Shown here: positions 54,606 through 64,000 of the stretch, piece by piece | Numbering within the stretch: the stretch's first letter is position 1 | How the letters are laid out: every line of letters begins with the position of its first letter | From: an uncultured Candidatus Saccharibacteria bacterium | Lineage (GTDB): Bacteria > Patescibacteriota > CAZHWT01 | Assembly: GCA_964554805.1 (NCBI GenBank) | Contig: CAZKPX010000001.1 | Span: 381,798-445,797 of the forward strand | Length of the DNA: 64,000 bases | Direction of reading: 5' to 3' | The notes under the pieces: model-generated | Seen by the model: the letters and a program-made list of their open reading frames with translations, nothing else | Databases searched by the model: none | Told to the model about the DNA's origin: nothing | Made by a program: the position numbers and the translations under genes

Positions 54606-54614
54606 GGGGGGGGG
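54606..54614. repeat. poly-G tract of 9 G, 280 bp upstream of the giant-gene start
   Basis: atgttgggggggggtaagag read directly. Confidence 0.8.
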
Positions 54615-54893
54615 TAAGAGTTGAAAATTGAAACTTATATCAAGTCTATGGGGTTATGTTTTTCTTATTCTAGGGTGTCAGTAGGACTAATTTGTTGAGT
54701 TGTTTTTTAATCCTGGGTATTTAAGTTGTTCAATATAGTTGTTTAATGGTTTTTGTGATAATAAATATGCTCATTGTTCCTGACATTGACGCTGTATGCT
54801 TGGTTGCTATAAAATTGTGGTAGTACTTATTAAAGATAGTCTTCTAGCTGGCCATGGGTAGGAGATATTATAGCTTGTAAGTGCCCTGCCCGC

Positions 54894-57800
54894 ATGCTTG
54901 ACTGGAAACGATTACTCCTGATAATTGGTGTTTGTATAACTGCTGCAGTTCTTGCTGTGGCGATTTTGAATTTTGAGCAGGTTCGGTCTCTGATAATGGG
55001 TCGGGCTGACTTGGGCGATGCCAGGACTTTGAATGGCATGACAGCGGATGAGCTGCTGGCCCTGAGTAAGCCTTTGGATGCCCGGACTTTGAATGGTCAG
55101 CCGGGGTTGTATTATGTGACGGCCGAAAACCTGGTCGGCATCATCGCCCCTGAGCGTTTCTCCGCCTATGATTCCCTGGTGGCTCAAGGCAAGATAGATC
55201 CGGATTCCCAACTGATTACTAATAAGAATTTCCCTAGCCTTCCGAAGGCTAGCCTCGAATCGCCTTCCGAAGGCTCGGGGGTTGGGCAGAGTGATTTGGA
55301 GGCTTTGGCTGCGGGTTTGCGGGTGGAGATGAGTCAAACGTATGTGTCTGAGGTGGAGGCTGGATTGGGGTTGAGTGGGGGTGGAGGATCGGGTAAGGTG
55401 GCTTTGAATATTGTACCGGGAGTGGGGATTATCATTCAGAATGGTCAAGTGATAGCTGCTCTGGGAGATTCGGTAGATTTGCTGGCGGAAGTGGCTGGAG
55501 TGCTACAGATCGCTCATGGGGGCATAGGGCTCAGTTCGCTGATTACTGATGGGCAATTGCTGATGGCTAATGGTGGTGGATATGAGGGTGGGATTTTGGC
55601 GGCGGGGGATGGGGTAGAAATTGCACGAACTGGTAATACTTTTACGTATAGCTTGGATGCGACGGTCTGTCGGACTTCAGGGAACTGTTCGGGAGCTGGT
55701 GGCTCAATTGTGGGTGCTGGAACAGCTGGGCAGTTAGCTTTCTTTACTGATGGCAGCACGTTGTCGAGTGAGGCTGGTTTGAGCTGGAACTCGGGTACTG
55801 ACAGCCTGACGGTGGCAGGTCAGTTGAATGGAGCCAGTGTGAGTACCGGCTGGGTGGATGTGACAGGGCAATATCGGGTTAACGGGGTGGCTTTGAATAC
55901 GACTCATGTCTTGGAAGGCACTAATCTGTACTGGACTCAGGGACGATTTGATACGGCCTTAAGTGACAAAACTACTGATGATCTGGCTGAGGGTTCTGCT
56001 AATCTGTTCTGGACCCCGGCCCGCTTTAATGCTGCTCTGGCAGGCAAATCTACGACTGATGTCGTTGAGGGAACTAATCTGTACTGGACTCAGGGGCGGT
56101 TTGATACGGCTTTCCTGGCTAAGGATACTGATGATCTGACTGAAGGCAGCACGGCTCTTTTCTGGACTAATAATCGGTTTGATCTACGGTTGGCTACCAA
56201 GTCGACTTCGGATATTGGCGAGGGGACAAATCTGTATTACACGGCTCAGCGGTTTAATGACGCCTTTGCTGGTAAGTCGACCACTGACTTGGCTGAGGGG
56301 GTTAATCTTTATTACACTGATGGTCGGGTGTCTGGCAATGCTGATGTGGCGGCCAACACACTGGCTCGCCATGTGGCTGCTACCGTCTCGGATAGTTCAA
56401 CGATTGATTTTAGCATCATCGGCCAACAGATCTCAGGTTCAATTATTCAGTCTGGAATTCAGACTTCTTTGATTACTAATGACGCCGGCTTTATCTCGAC
56501 TATCTCGCTGGCCTCGTTTGATACTGATGACCTGGCTGAGGGATCGATTAATAAGTATTTCTCGGATACTTTGTTTGGCGCTTCATTGGCCACTCGGACC
56601 AGCGATGATCTGGCTGAGGGCTCGGTTAATTTGTTCTTTACGACCGGCCGTTTTGATGCAGGATTTGGCGCAAAGACTTCAGATAACTTAGCAGAAGGAT
56701 CGGTCAACCGCTACTATTCGGATGCCTTATTCGGCACTTCGTTGGCTTTGCGGGATAGTGATGAGGTGGCAGAGGGGTCGACTAACCTGTATTACTCGTT
56801 GAGTCGGTTTGATGCGGCATTTGATAGCAAAACAACTGACAATTTGGATGAGGGTACTAACGCTTTGTACTGGACGGATAACCGTTTTGACCTGCGGTTG
56901 GCGACTAAGTCTACTACAGATATTGTCGAGGGGACGAACTTATATTTTACTCAATTACGGGTGTCTGCTAATGCTGATGTAGTGGCTAATGCGGCGGCTC
57001 GGCATGATGCGGCTACGGTGGGTGATAGTGCGACGCTGGATTTGACGATAGCCGGGCAGTATATTACGGGTACGGTGATTCAATCAGGGATACAGACTTC
57101 GCTGATCAATAATGATGCCGGGTTTGTTGCCAATATTTCCAGCTTTGATACGGATAATCTGACTGAGGGATTGCTTAATCTGTATTGGACGGCAGGGCGG
57201 TTTAATGCGGCCTTTGGCGGTAAGTCGACGACTGATTTGGCTGAGGGGACTAATTTGTACTATACCTCGGTGCGGTTTGATGATGATTTTGAAGGCAAGA
57301 CGACTGATGATTTGAGCCAGGGCTCGACTAATCTTTATTCGCAGTGGTTGAATAATAGTTCGAATATTACTTTTGGTAATAGTGTGGCCATTGGCACAGC
57401 TACGGCTCCGGAGGCTACCTTGGATGTGGAGGGGACATTGAGGGCTAGTGGAGCAGTGACGCTGGCTAATTACACCACTAATGGGGGCATTTTGTATGCT
57501 AATGGTTCAGGCGTATTGAGCCAGTTGGGTCTGGGGACGACTGGGCAATGTCTGGTGTCAACAGAGGGTGTGCCGGCCTGGGGTTCTTGTGCGGCGGCCG
57601 GGACGGTGACGGGCAGCGGCTCTGCGGGCCGGTTGGCTTTATTTGATGGGGCGAATAGTCTGACCAGTAGTGCGGCTTTGTCCTGGAATAGTGTGTCGGG
57701 CCTGCTGGCGATTGATGGTGGTATTTCGATAACCGGCGATATCATTCCAACGACTGACAATACTTATAGTCTGGGTTCGCCGGAGATGTCGTGGATGGAT

Positions 57801-60800
57801 GTCTATATCGGACCGGGATCTTTGTATATTAACGGGCAGAAGGTGTTGCAGGAGTCGGGGGAGAGTATTGTGGTGACGGCTGATTCGGGGCAGAATTTGT
57901 CGCTGCAGACGGCTGGTGGGGGAGATCTGGAACTGATGGCTCAGGGGGCGGGTCTGATTCAGCTGAAGGGCAATGTGCAGCTGACTGGCGGCAGTTCGAT
58001 TACAACTTCTGACACATCGGTGGTGTTGCTGCCAAATGGTTTGCGAGCTGGCAATATTCAGGTGTCGGGCAATACGATTAGCACAACTAATGTGAATGGT
58101 GATATTGCCATTACACCGAATGGGGCGGGGGATACGTATATTACATCGGGGAATTTGGGAGTTGGCAATAGTAACCCAAATCCATTATATCGGCTGGATG
58201 TAACGGGTAGTATTAATGCTACGGGTAATTTTTATGTTAATGGGGCGGCTTTGTCGACGACCAATGTGGCTGAGGGGACTGGTTTGTATTGGACATCGGG
58301 GCGGTTTGATACGGCTTTTGGGGGCAAGACGACTGATGACTTGGCTGAAGGCTCATCGGCTTTGTACTGGACTAATAACCGGTTTGATTTGCGGTTGGCG
58401 GCTAAGTCGACTTCAGATATTGCTGAGGGAACGAATTTGTACTATACAGCTGGTCGGTTTGAGGCGGCTTTTGCTGGTAAGTCGACCACTGATTTGGCTG
58501 AGGGAGTGAATCTTTATTACACTGATGGTCGGGTGTCTGGCAATGCTGATGTGGCGGCCAATACGCTGGCCCGGCATGTGGCGGCGACGGTGTCTGATAG
58601 CTCAACGATTGATTTTTCACTTGTGGGGCAGTTGATTTCAGGAAGCGTTATTCAGTCGGGTATTCAAACATCGCTGCTTAATAATGATGCTGGGTTTATC
58701 TCGACTATTTCTCTGACAACTTTTGATACGGATGATTTGACTGAGGGTGGGCTGAATCTGTATTGGACGGCTGATCGATTCAATAGTGCTTTTGGTGGTA
58801 AGTCGACTTCGGATTTGGCTGAGGGAAGTAATCTGTACTATACGACGGTGCGGTTTGATGCTGATTTTGCCACCAAAGATACTGACGATCTATCAGAAGG
58901 CTCGACCAATCAGTACTGGACCAGTGGTCGGTTTGATAGTGCTTTGGCAGGCAAGGATAGTGATGATGTAGCTGAGGGTTCGACTAATCTTTATTCACAG
59001 TGGTTGAATAATAGTTCGAATATTACTTTTGGTAATAGTGTGGGGATTGGTTCAGCCAGTGCGCCGACTGCTACGTTGGATGTGACGGGTACGTTAAAAG
59101 TTAGCGGGGCAGTGACTTTGGCTAATTACACGACTAATGGCGGCCTGCTTTATGCTAATGCTTCAGGTGTTCTATCACAGTTGGCAGCAGGAACGACTGG
59201 ACAATGTTTGCAGGCTAATACGGGAGCTGCAGCGAGCTGGGGGACTTGTTTTGCTGTTGGGGATGACTCTTTGAATTTTGATAAGTTGGCTGATGCCCTA
59301 ACTCTGGATGCTTCGACTTCGATTGCTTTGGGAGCGTTTACTTTGAGTACGTCTGGTACTGGTGGGATTACCTTTGGTCATACGGGAGCTACGACTTTTG
59401 CTGGTACGGTGACTTCGGCTGGACTATTGACGGCTTCGAATGGGTTTACGTTAACTACCGGCTCGTTGTCTTTGCCTAATAATGTGATTACGGATGCTAT
59501 GGTATCTAATACGCTGACTTCGTCAATCTTTATTGGGTCAGGGTCAACTACTAATGCAGTGGATCTGGGCACGGCTGAGGTAGCTGGGACATTAGCGATT
59601 GCTAATGGTGGTACTAACTCAACCGCTACACCGACGCAAGGTGGGATTGCCTATGGAACTGGTAGTGCTTATGCCTTTACTGGGGCTGGAGCTACAGGGC
59701 AGTGTTTGACGAGTGATGGAACCAATACGCCAGTGTGGGCAGCTTGTGAGACTGAGGTGGGGAAGGATTGGGTTCAGCATACCCTGCCTGAAGATAATGG
59801 TTGGACTTCTGTGGCATATGGTAATGGAACCTATGTGGCTGTAGCTAATAATGGAACTAATAGGGTGATGACGAGTACGGATGGCAAGAACTGGAAGGTG
59901 GGTCCTGCAACAGAAGCCAATGTTTGGGATTCGATAACTTATGGAAACGGTATATTTGTGGCAGTGTCTTCTGACGGTACTCATCGCGTTATGACCTCGC
60001 CTGATGGTATCACTTGGACTGCTAGACTGGTGGAAAGTTTGGCTTGGCATTCCGTTGTCTATGGGGACGGAAAGTTTGTAGCAGTGGCTAGCGGCGCTGG
60101 CACTAATCAAGCAATGACTTCTCCAGATGGCATTACCTGGACTACTGGCTCTATATCGACAGAGCCATGGAGGCAGGTTGCCTATGGTAATGGCATGTTT
60201 GTGGCTACAGCAGACAACAATGCTTTAGCAAGCTCTCCTGACGGTATTACCTGGACGAGTAGAACTTCGCCTTTGTCGGGGGGGATTTGGTCTATGGTTT
60301 ACGGTAATGGTCAGTTTGTAGCAGTGGCAATTGGTGGCGCAAATAGGGTCATGACTTCTCCTGACGGTATTGCCTGGACCGCTAGGACTGCAGCCGAGGC
60401 TAATGATTGGTTTGGTGTGACTTATGCCGAAGGCGTATATGTGGCGGTAGCTAGCAATGGTACCAATAAGGTTATGACCTCTCTGGATGGTATAACCTGG
60501 ACGGCTCGAAGTGCCCCTACCAGTGGCCTATGGAAATCTGTAGTTTATGGCAATGGTCAGCTTGTAGCGGTTGGTTGGAATGGTACTAATCGAGTTATGA
60601 CTTCTGGTTCTCCAACTCAAACCATTATCCCTCACAACAACATCTATCAAGGCGGGATGACGGTGAATGATGGGTTGAAGGTGAGTGGGAAGACTACTTT
60701 GACTTCGAATGAGACGGTGAATAAGGGGAGTGAGTGGGTGTCCCATGAGGGGGTGGAAGGTCACTGGCTATCAGTTGCTTACGGTAATGGGCGATATGTA

Positions 60801-63800
60801 GCAGTGGCTAATACTGGCACTAACAGGGTGATGACATCGTCAGATGGTGAGACTTGGACAGCTTATCCAGCAGCTGATCAAAGCTATTGGATTTCTGTGG
60901 CTTATGGCAACGGTACGTTTGTAGCGGTTGCCTATCTTGGCAGTGGTAGTCGGGTTATGACTAGCCCTGATGGTGAGACCTGGACGGCTCAGGCAGCGGC
61001 TCAGGCTAATAGCTGGCAATCTGTAACTTATGGCAATGGCCAGTTTGTAGCAGTAGCTAGTTCGGGCACCAACCGGGTTATGACTAGCCCTGATGGTGAG
61101 ACCTGGACGGCTCAGACAGCGGCCGAGGCTAATTATTGGTACTCTGTGACCTACGGTAATGGTCAATTTGTAGCAGTAGCGGGTATTGGTGCTAACCGTG
61201 TTATGACAAGTCCCGATGGCATCACCTGGACGGCTCAGGCAGCCGCTGAGGCTAATTTCTGGAGGGATATTACCTATGGCAGTGGCCAATTTGTAGCGGT
61301 ATCTACTGATGGCACTAACCGTGTTATGACTAGTCCCGATGGCGCAACCTGGACTGCTCGGGTAGCCGCTGAAGCTAATGGATGGGGCAGCGTCACCTAC
61401 GGCAACGGCCAGTTTGTGGCGGTGGCTGATAGCGGCGCCAACCGCGTTATGACCAGTCCAGATGGTGAAACTTGGACAGCCAGGGCTGCAGCTGAGTCTA
61501 ATAGCTGGATTTCGGTTACCTATGGCAATGACAAGTTTGTAGCCGTGGCTGCTAGTGGCACCAACAGAGTTATGACTAGCGTCAATGTCGGACTATCTGA
61601 GGCCTTGTTGGTTAGTGGCGATACTGCTTTGCTAGGTGATTTACGTCTTAGCTCTCTGGCTAGTGGGTCGAGTGGTCTTTTGACGATTGATCATGCCGGA
61701 CTGGTGTCAAGCACCTCAGTATCTAGCTCTATGGAGGATTGTTTGAGGGGAGGGGGTGTGCTGCAGTGGGCTCCTTGCAAGGCGGAGCCTGGACAAGTAT
61801 GGGTAGTCTCTGAATCGGCTGAGAATAATAATTGGGGATCAATTGCTTATGGTAACGGTGTGTTTGTGGCAACCTCCTATAACGGTAGCAATACTGCTAT
61901 GTACAGTCTTGATGGCAAGGTTTGGCATGCGGCGGATACTCATGGGGCTTACTCTTGGAACTCAGTCACCTACGGCAATGGTCAATTCGTAGTGGTTGGT
62001 GAGAGTGACTATGACCAGGGTGAAGTCATGACCAGTCCAGACGGCATAAATTGGACTCTTCGATCTGGTGTTGAGGATAGTTTGTGGTATTCGGTTACTT
62101 ACGGCAACGGCCAGTTCGTGGCAGTGGCTTATGCTGGAGACGATCGAGTCATGACTTCGCCAGATGGTGAGACTTGGACAGCCCAATCCGCGGCTACGCA
62201 AAGTGACTGGAATTCGGTGGTGCATGGTGGTGGAAAATTTGTAGCTGTTTCATGGAGTGGTCAGGTTATGACTAGCCCAGACGGTGCGACCTGGACAACT
62301 CAATCTGCCGCCGAAGCGAATAGCTGGCAATCGGTTACTTACGGCAACGGCCAGTTTGTGGCAGTGGCTGCTAGTGGCACCAACCGTGTTATGACCTCAC
62401 CTGACGGCGAGATTTGGACAGCCCGATCTGCAGCCGAACAAAATAATTGGGGATCAGTAACGTATGGCAATGGAGTATTTGTAGCAGTTTCTGGATCTGG
62501 TACTCATCAAGTCATGACCTCGCCCGATGGTATCTCTTGGAAGCCTCAGATGGCAGCTGCAAGTAGTAGCTGGGCCGCAGTGACGTATGGTGGCGGTCGT
62601 TTTGTAGCAGTAGCTTGGAGTGGCGGTAGTAGGGTCATGACCTCGACGGTTGATAATTACGATAAGTCATTCTTTGGTACGACAACGATTGGCGATATTG
62701 GTGGGAATGATGGGTTGGTGGTGAATGGGAAGACTACTTTGACATCCCAGGAGACGGTGAATAAGGGGGGTGAGTGGGTGGCTCGGACTGCAGCTGGGTC
62801 CCATCCATGGCAGTCAATTGCCTATGGTAATGGTCAGTTTGTGGCGGTAGCAAGTAGTGGCGCAGTCCGGGTTATGACTTCACCTGACGGTATTACCTGG
62901 GCCGCTAGAACTGCGGCCGAGGCTAATCAATGGGTATCTGTGTCTTACGGAGGCGGTATGTATGTAGCTGTATCCAATACAGGCACAAACCGGGTTATGA
63001 CCTCACCTGACGGCATAACCTGGACTGCTCGAACTGCAGCTGAGCTCAATCTATGGAAGTCAATTGCCTATGGTAATGGTCAGTTTGTGGCAGTGGCCAG
63101 TTTTGGTACTAATAGGGTTATGACTTCACCTGACGGTATTACCTGGACTGCTCGTGCCGCCGCTGAGGCTAATAACTGGAATTCTGTGACCTATGGCAAT
63201 GGGATGTTTGTAGCCGTGGCAGAATTTGGCACCAACCGAGTTATGACCTCACCTGACGGCATAACCTGGACTGCTCGAACTGCAGCTGAGGCGAATAATT
63301 GGTATGCGGTTGCCTATGGCAATGGCCAGTTTGTCGCAGTAGCTTATGACGGTGCCAACCGTGTTATGACTAGCCCCGATGGCATCACCTGGACTGCTCG
63401 TGCCGCAGCTGAGGCTAATAGCTGGCGGTCGGTTACCTATGGCAATGGTCAGTTTGTGGCTGTAGCTAGTTTTGGCACTAATCGGGTCATGACCTCTCCT
63501 GATGGTGAGACTTGGACAGCCAGAGCTGCAGTTGAGGCTAATAGCTGGAGGTCGGTTACCTATGGCAATGGTCAGTTTGTGGCGGTGGCTGATAGCGGCA
63601 CCAACCGGGTTATGACCAGCGGTGATGTTGGTTTGGGTCAGGCCCTCAGGGTTCAGGGAGATTTTGCTTTAGCTGGTGATCTGCGGTTGAGCAGTCTGGA
63701 GGGGGGAGCTGGCGGACTGTTGTCAGTTGATCATGCTGGATTGGTTAAGTCGGTTCCTCATGGTAATAGTGGTGAATGTTTGAGATCCGGAGGGTCTGCG

Positions 63801-64000
63801 CATATCCAATGGGCAGCTTGTGATGGTGAAGCTGCAGAATACTGGACTTCTCAGTCGGCTGCAGCGGCAGGTTGGTGGAGTTCAGTTGCGTACGGCAACG
63901 GTATGTTTGTAGCAGTGGCAGAATCGGGTACTAACCGCGTCATGACTAGTCCTGATGGTGAGACCTGGACCGCCAGGGTTGCCGCGGAAGCTAATAGCTG
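54894..64000 (+). CDS. giant membrane-anchored repetitive surface protein, over 3035 aa and truncated by the window end
   Basis: ATG at 54894 after an in-frame stop at 54846; N-terminal transmembrane helix LLLIIGVCITAAVLAVAIL; frame 0 stays open to 64000 by manual translation; about 25-aa repeats TDDLAEGSTNLYYT-x-x-RFD-x-AF-x-GKS; more than 40 repeats of about 45 aa, NRVMTSPDG-x-TWTARAAAEAN-x-W-x-SVTYGNGQFVAVA, where SPDGxTW matches the Asp-box/BNR motif S-x-D-x-G-x-T-W. Confidence 0.8.
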   Translation, partial: MLDWKRLLLIIGVCITAAVLAVAILNFEQVRSLIMGRADLGDARTLNGMTADELLALSKPLDARTLNGQPGLYYVTAENLVGIIAPERFSAYDSLVAQGKIDPDSQLITNKNFPSLPKASLESPSEGSGVGQSDLEALAAGLRVEMSQTYVSEVEAGLGLSGGGGSGKVALNIVPGVGIIIQNGQVIAALGDSVDLLAEVAGVLQIAHGGIGLSSLITDGQLLMANGGGYEGGILAAGDGVEIARTGNTFTYSLDATVCRTSGNCSGAGGSIVGAGTAGQLAFFTDGSTLSSEAGLSWNSGTDSLTVAGQLNGASVSTGWVDVTGQYRVNGVALNTTHVLEGTNLYWTQGRFDTALSDKTTDDLAEGSANLFWTPARFNAALAGKSTTDVVEGTNLYWTQGRFDTAFLAKDTDDLTEGSTALFWTNNRFDLRLATKSTSDIGEGTNLYYTAQRFNDAFAGKSTTDLAEGVNLYYTDGRVSGNADVAANTLARHVAATVSDSSTIDFSIIGQQISGSIIQSGIQTSLITNDAGFISTISLASFDTDDLAEGSINKYFSDTLFGASLATRTSDDLAEGSVNLFFTTGRFDAGFGAKTSDNLAEGSVNRYYSDALFGTSLALRDSDEVAEGSTNLYYSLSRFDAAFDSKTTDNLDEGTNALYWTDNRFDLRLATKSTTDIVEGTNLYFTQLRVSANADVVANAAARHDAATVGDSATLDLTIAGQYITGTVIQSGIQTSLINNDAGFVANISSFDTDNLTEGLLNLYWTAGRFNAAFGGKSTTDLAEGTNLYYTSVRFDDDFEGKTTDDLSQGSTNLYSQWLNNSSNITFGNSVAIGTATAPEATLDVEGTLRASGAVTLANYTTNGGILYANGSGVLSQLGLGTTGQCLVSTEGVPAWGSCAAAGTVTGSGSAGRLALFDGANSLTSSAALSWNSVSGLLAIDGGISITGDIIPTTDNTYSLGSPEMSWMDVYIGPGSLYINGQKVLQESGESIVVTADSGQNLSLQTAGGGDLELMAQGAGLIQLKGNVQLTGGSSITTSDTSVVLLPNGLRAGNIQVSGNTISTTNVNGDIAITPNGAGDTYITSGNLGVGNSNPNPLYRLDVTGSINATGNFYVNGAALSTTNVAEGTGLYWTSGRFDTAFGGKTTDDLAEGSSALYWTNNRFDLRLAAKSTSDIAEGTNLYYTAGRFEAAFAGKSTTDLAEGVNLYYTDGRVSGNADVAANTLARHVAATVSDSSTIDFSLVGQLISGSVIQSGIQTSLLNNDAGFISTISLTTFDTDDLTEGGLNLYWTADRFNSAFGGKSTSDLAEGSNLYYTTVRFDADFATKDTDDLSEGSTNQYWTSGRFDSALAGKDSDDVAEGSTNLYSQWLNNSSNITFGNSVGIGSASAPTATLDVTGTLKVSGAVTLANYTTNGGLLYANASGVLSQLAAGTTGQCLQANTGAAASWGTCFAVGDDSLNFDKLADALTLDASTSIALGAFTLSTSGTGGITFGHTGATTFAGTVTSAGLLTASNGFTLTTGSLSLPNNVITDAMVSNTLTSSIFIGSGSTTNAVDLGTAEVAGTLAIANGGTNSTATPTQGGIAYGTGSAYAFTGAGATGQCLTSDGTNTPVWAACETEVGKDWVQHTLPEDNGWTSVAYGNGTYVAVANNGTNRVMTSTDGKNWKVGPATEANVWDSITYGNGIFVAVSSDGTHRVMTSPDGITWTARLVESLAWHSVVYGDGKFVAVASGAGTNQAMTSPDGITWTTGSISTEPWRQVAYGNGMFVATADNNALASSPDGITWTSRTSPLSGGIWSMVYGNGQFVAVAIGGANRVMTSPDGIAWTARTAAEANDWFGVTYAEGVYVAVASNGTNKVMTSLDGITWTARSAPTSGLWKSVVYGNGQLVAVGWNGTNRVMTSGSPTQTIIPHNNIYQGGMTVNDGLKVSGKTTLTSNETVNKGSEWVSHEGVEGHWLSVAYGNGRYVAVANTGTNRVMTSSDGETWTAYPAADQSYWISVAYGNGTFVAVAYLGSGSRVMTSPDGETWTAQAAAQANSWQSVTYGNGQFVAVASSGTNRVMTSPDGETWTAQTAAEANYWYSVTYGNGQFVAVAGIGANRVMTSPDGITWTAQAAAEANFWRDITYGSGQFVAVSTDGTNRVMTSPDGATWTARVAAEANGWGSVTYGNGQFVAVADSGANRVMTSPDGETWTARAAAESNSWISVTYGNDKFVAVAASGTNRVMTSVNVGLSEALLVSGDTALLGDLRLSSLASGSSGLLTIDHAGLVSSTSVSSSMEDCLRGGGVLQWAPCKAEPGQVWVVSESAENNNWGSIAYGNGVFVATSYNGSNTAMYSLDGKVWHAADTHGAYSWNSVTYGNGQFVVVGESDYDQGEVMTSPDGINWTLRSGVEDSLWYSVTYGNGQFVAVAYAGDDRVMTSPDGETWTAQSAATQSDWNSVVHGGGKFVAVSWSGQVMTSPDGATWTTQSAAEANSWQSVTYGNGQFVAVAASGTNRVMTSPDGEIWTARSAAEQNNWGSVTYGNGVFVAVSGSGTHQVMTSPDGISWKPQMAAASSSWAAVTYGGGRFVAVAWSGGSRVMTSTVDNYDKSFFGTTTIGDIGGNDGLVVNGKTTLTSQETVNKGGEWVARTAAGSHPWQSIAYGNGQFVAVASSGAVRVMTSPDGITWAARTAAEANQWVSVSYGGGMYVAVSNTGTNRVMTSPDGITWTARTAAELNLWKSIAYGNGQFVAVASFGTNRVMTSPDGITWTARAAAEANNWNSVTYGNGMFVAVAEFGTNRVMTSPDGITWTARTAAEANNWYAVAYGNGQFVAVAYDGANRVMTSPDGITWTARAAAEANSWRSVTYGNGQFVAVASFGTNRVMTSPDGETWTARAAVEANSWRSVTYGNGQFVAVADSGTNRVMTSGDVGLGQALRVQGDFALAGDLRLSSLEGGAGGLLSVDHAGLVKSVPHGNSGECLRSGGSAHIQWAACDGEAAEYWTSQSAAAAGWWSSVAYGNGMFVAVAESGTNRVMTSPDGETWTARVAAEANS

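Noticed and set aside
59619-62225. Minus-strand ORFs inside the giant gene (59619-60110, 60528-60764, 60840-61289, 61962-62225)
   Set aside because: They are antisense shadow ORFs of a GC-skewed repetitive coding region. Their translations are low-complexity and mirror the plus-strand repeats.

Overview
The window looks like part of a small bacterial chromosome that uses the standard genetic code, since TGA acts as a stop. Large repetitive surface proteins, a four-domain S1 protein and AT-rich spacers fit a Patescibacteria/CPR-like organism, but that placement is inference only.

The window holds one complete rRNA operon on the plus strand, in this order:
- 16S rRNA at about 5270-6750, followed by an unusually long AT-rich spacer of about 1.3 kb.
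- tRNA-Cys(GCA), tRNA-Ile(GAT) and tRNA-Ala(TGC).
- 23S rRNA at about 8953-12025. It is roughly 170 nt longer than typical, largely because of a ~115-nt insertion at the helix-25 position built from a palindromic repeat that also occurs between genes elsewhere in this window.
- 5S rRNA, then a canonical rho-independent terminator.

Nearly all other genes are also on the plus strand. Those recognisable from motifs are:
- a class II Fic protein
- an ATP-dependent DNA ligase of the Lig1 type
- a GNAT acetyltransferase
- purA
- a Phd/YefM antitoxin paired with a PIN-domain toxin
- rpsA, clpC, radA, rho, obg, leuS, argS, ndk and mreB
- a LysM-M23 peptidase
- comEA, and comEC with its metallo-beta-lactamase domain in a separate ORF
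- tRNA-Ala(GGC) and tRNA-Arg(CCT)
- a membrane GT-C glycosyltransferase of the GT39/ArnT type
- a secreted alpha/beta hydrolase (lipase-like)
- a PEGA/TolB-like surface protein
- a polysaccharide locus carrying a GT4 glycosyltransferase, a TagA-like enzyme, two tandem GT5 glycogen-synthase-like paralogs and a GalT-family enzyme

The 3' end of the window is a single giant open reading frame. It starts at 54894 and is still open at 64000, so it is over 3000 codons long. It encodes a membrane-anchored, highly repetitive surface protein with about 25-residue repeats (motif DDLAEG-x-NLYYT) followed by dozens of about 45-residue Asp-box-like repeats of the bacterial neuraminidase (BNR) type.

Two families of palindromic repeats are scattered through the window. 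Family A has GGCAAAG-rich inverted arms and behaves like a miniature inverted-repeat element. One copy carries a 330-bp cargo of tandem 65-nt hairpin units separated by poly-G runs. Family B is built on the GGATATCGGATATAG palindrome. The window also contains several 7-nt tandem microsatellites.

No CRISPR array, integrase or recognisable defence island was seen. The most unusual items are the repeat elements, the cargo-bearing copy of Family A, the 23S insertion, the giant gene with poly-G tracts upstream, and a tandem pair of uncharacterised Cys-motif membrane paralogs.
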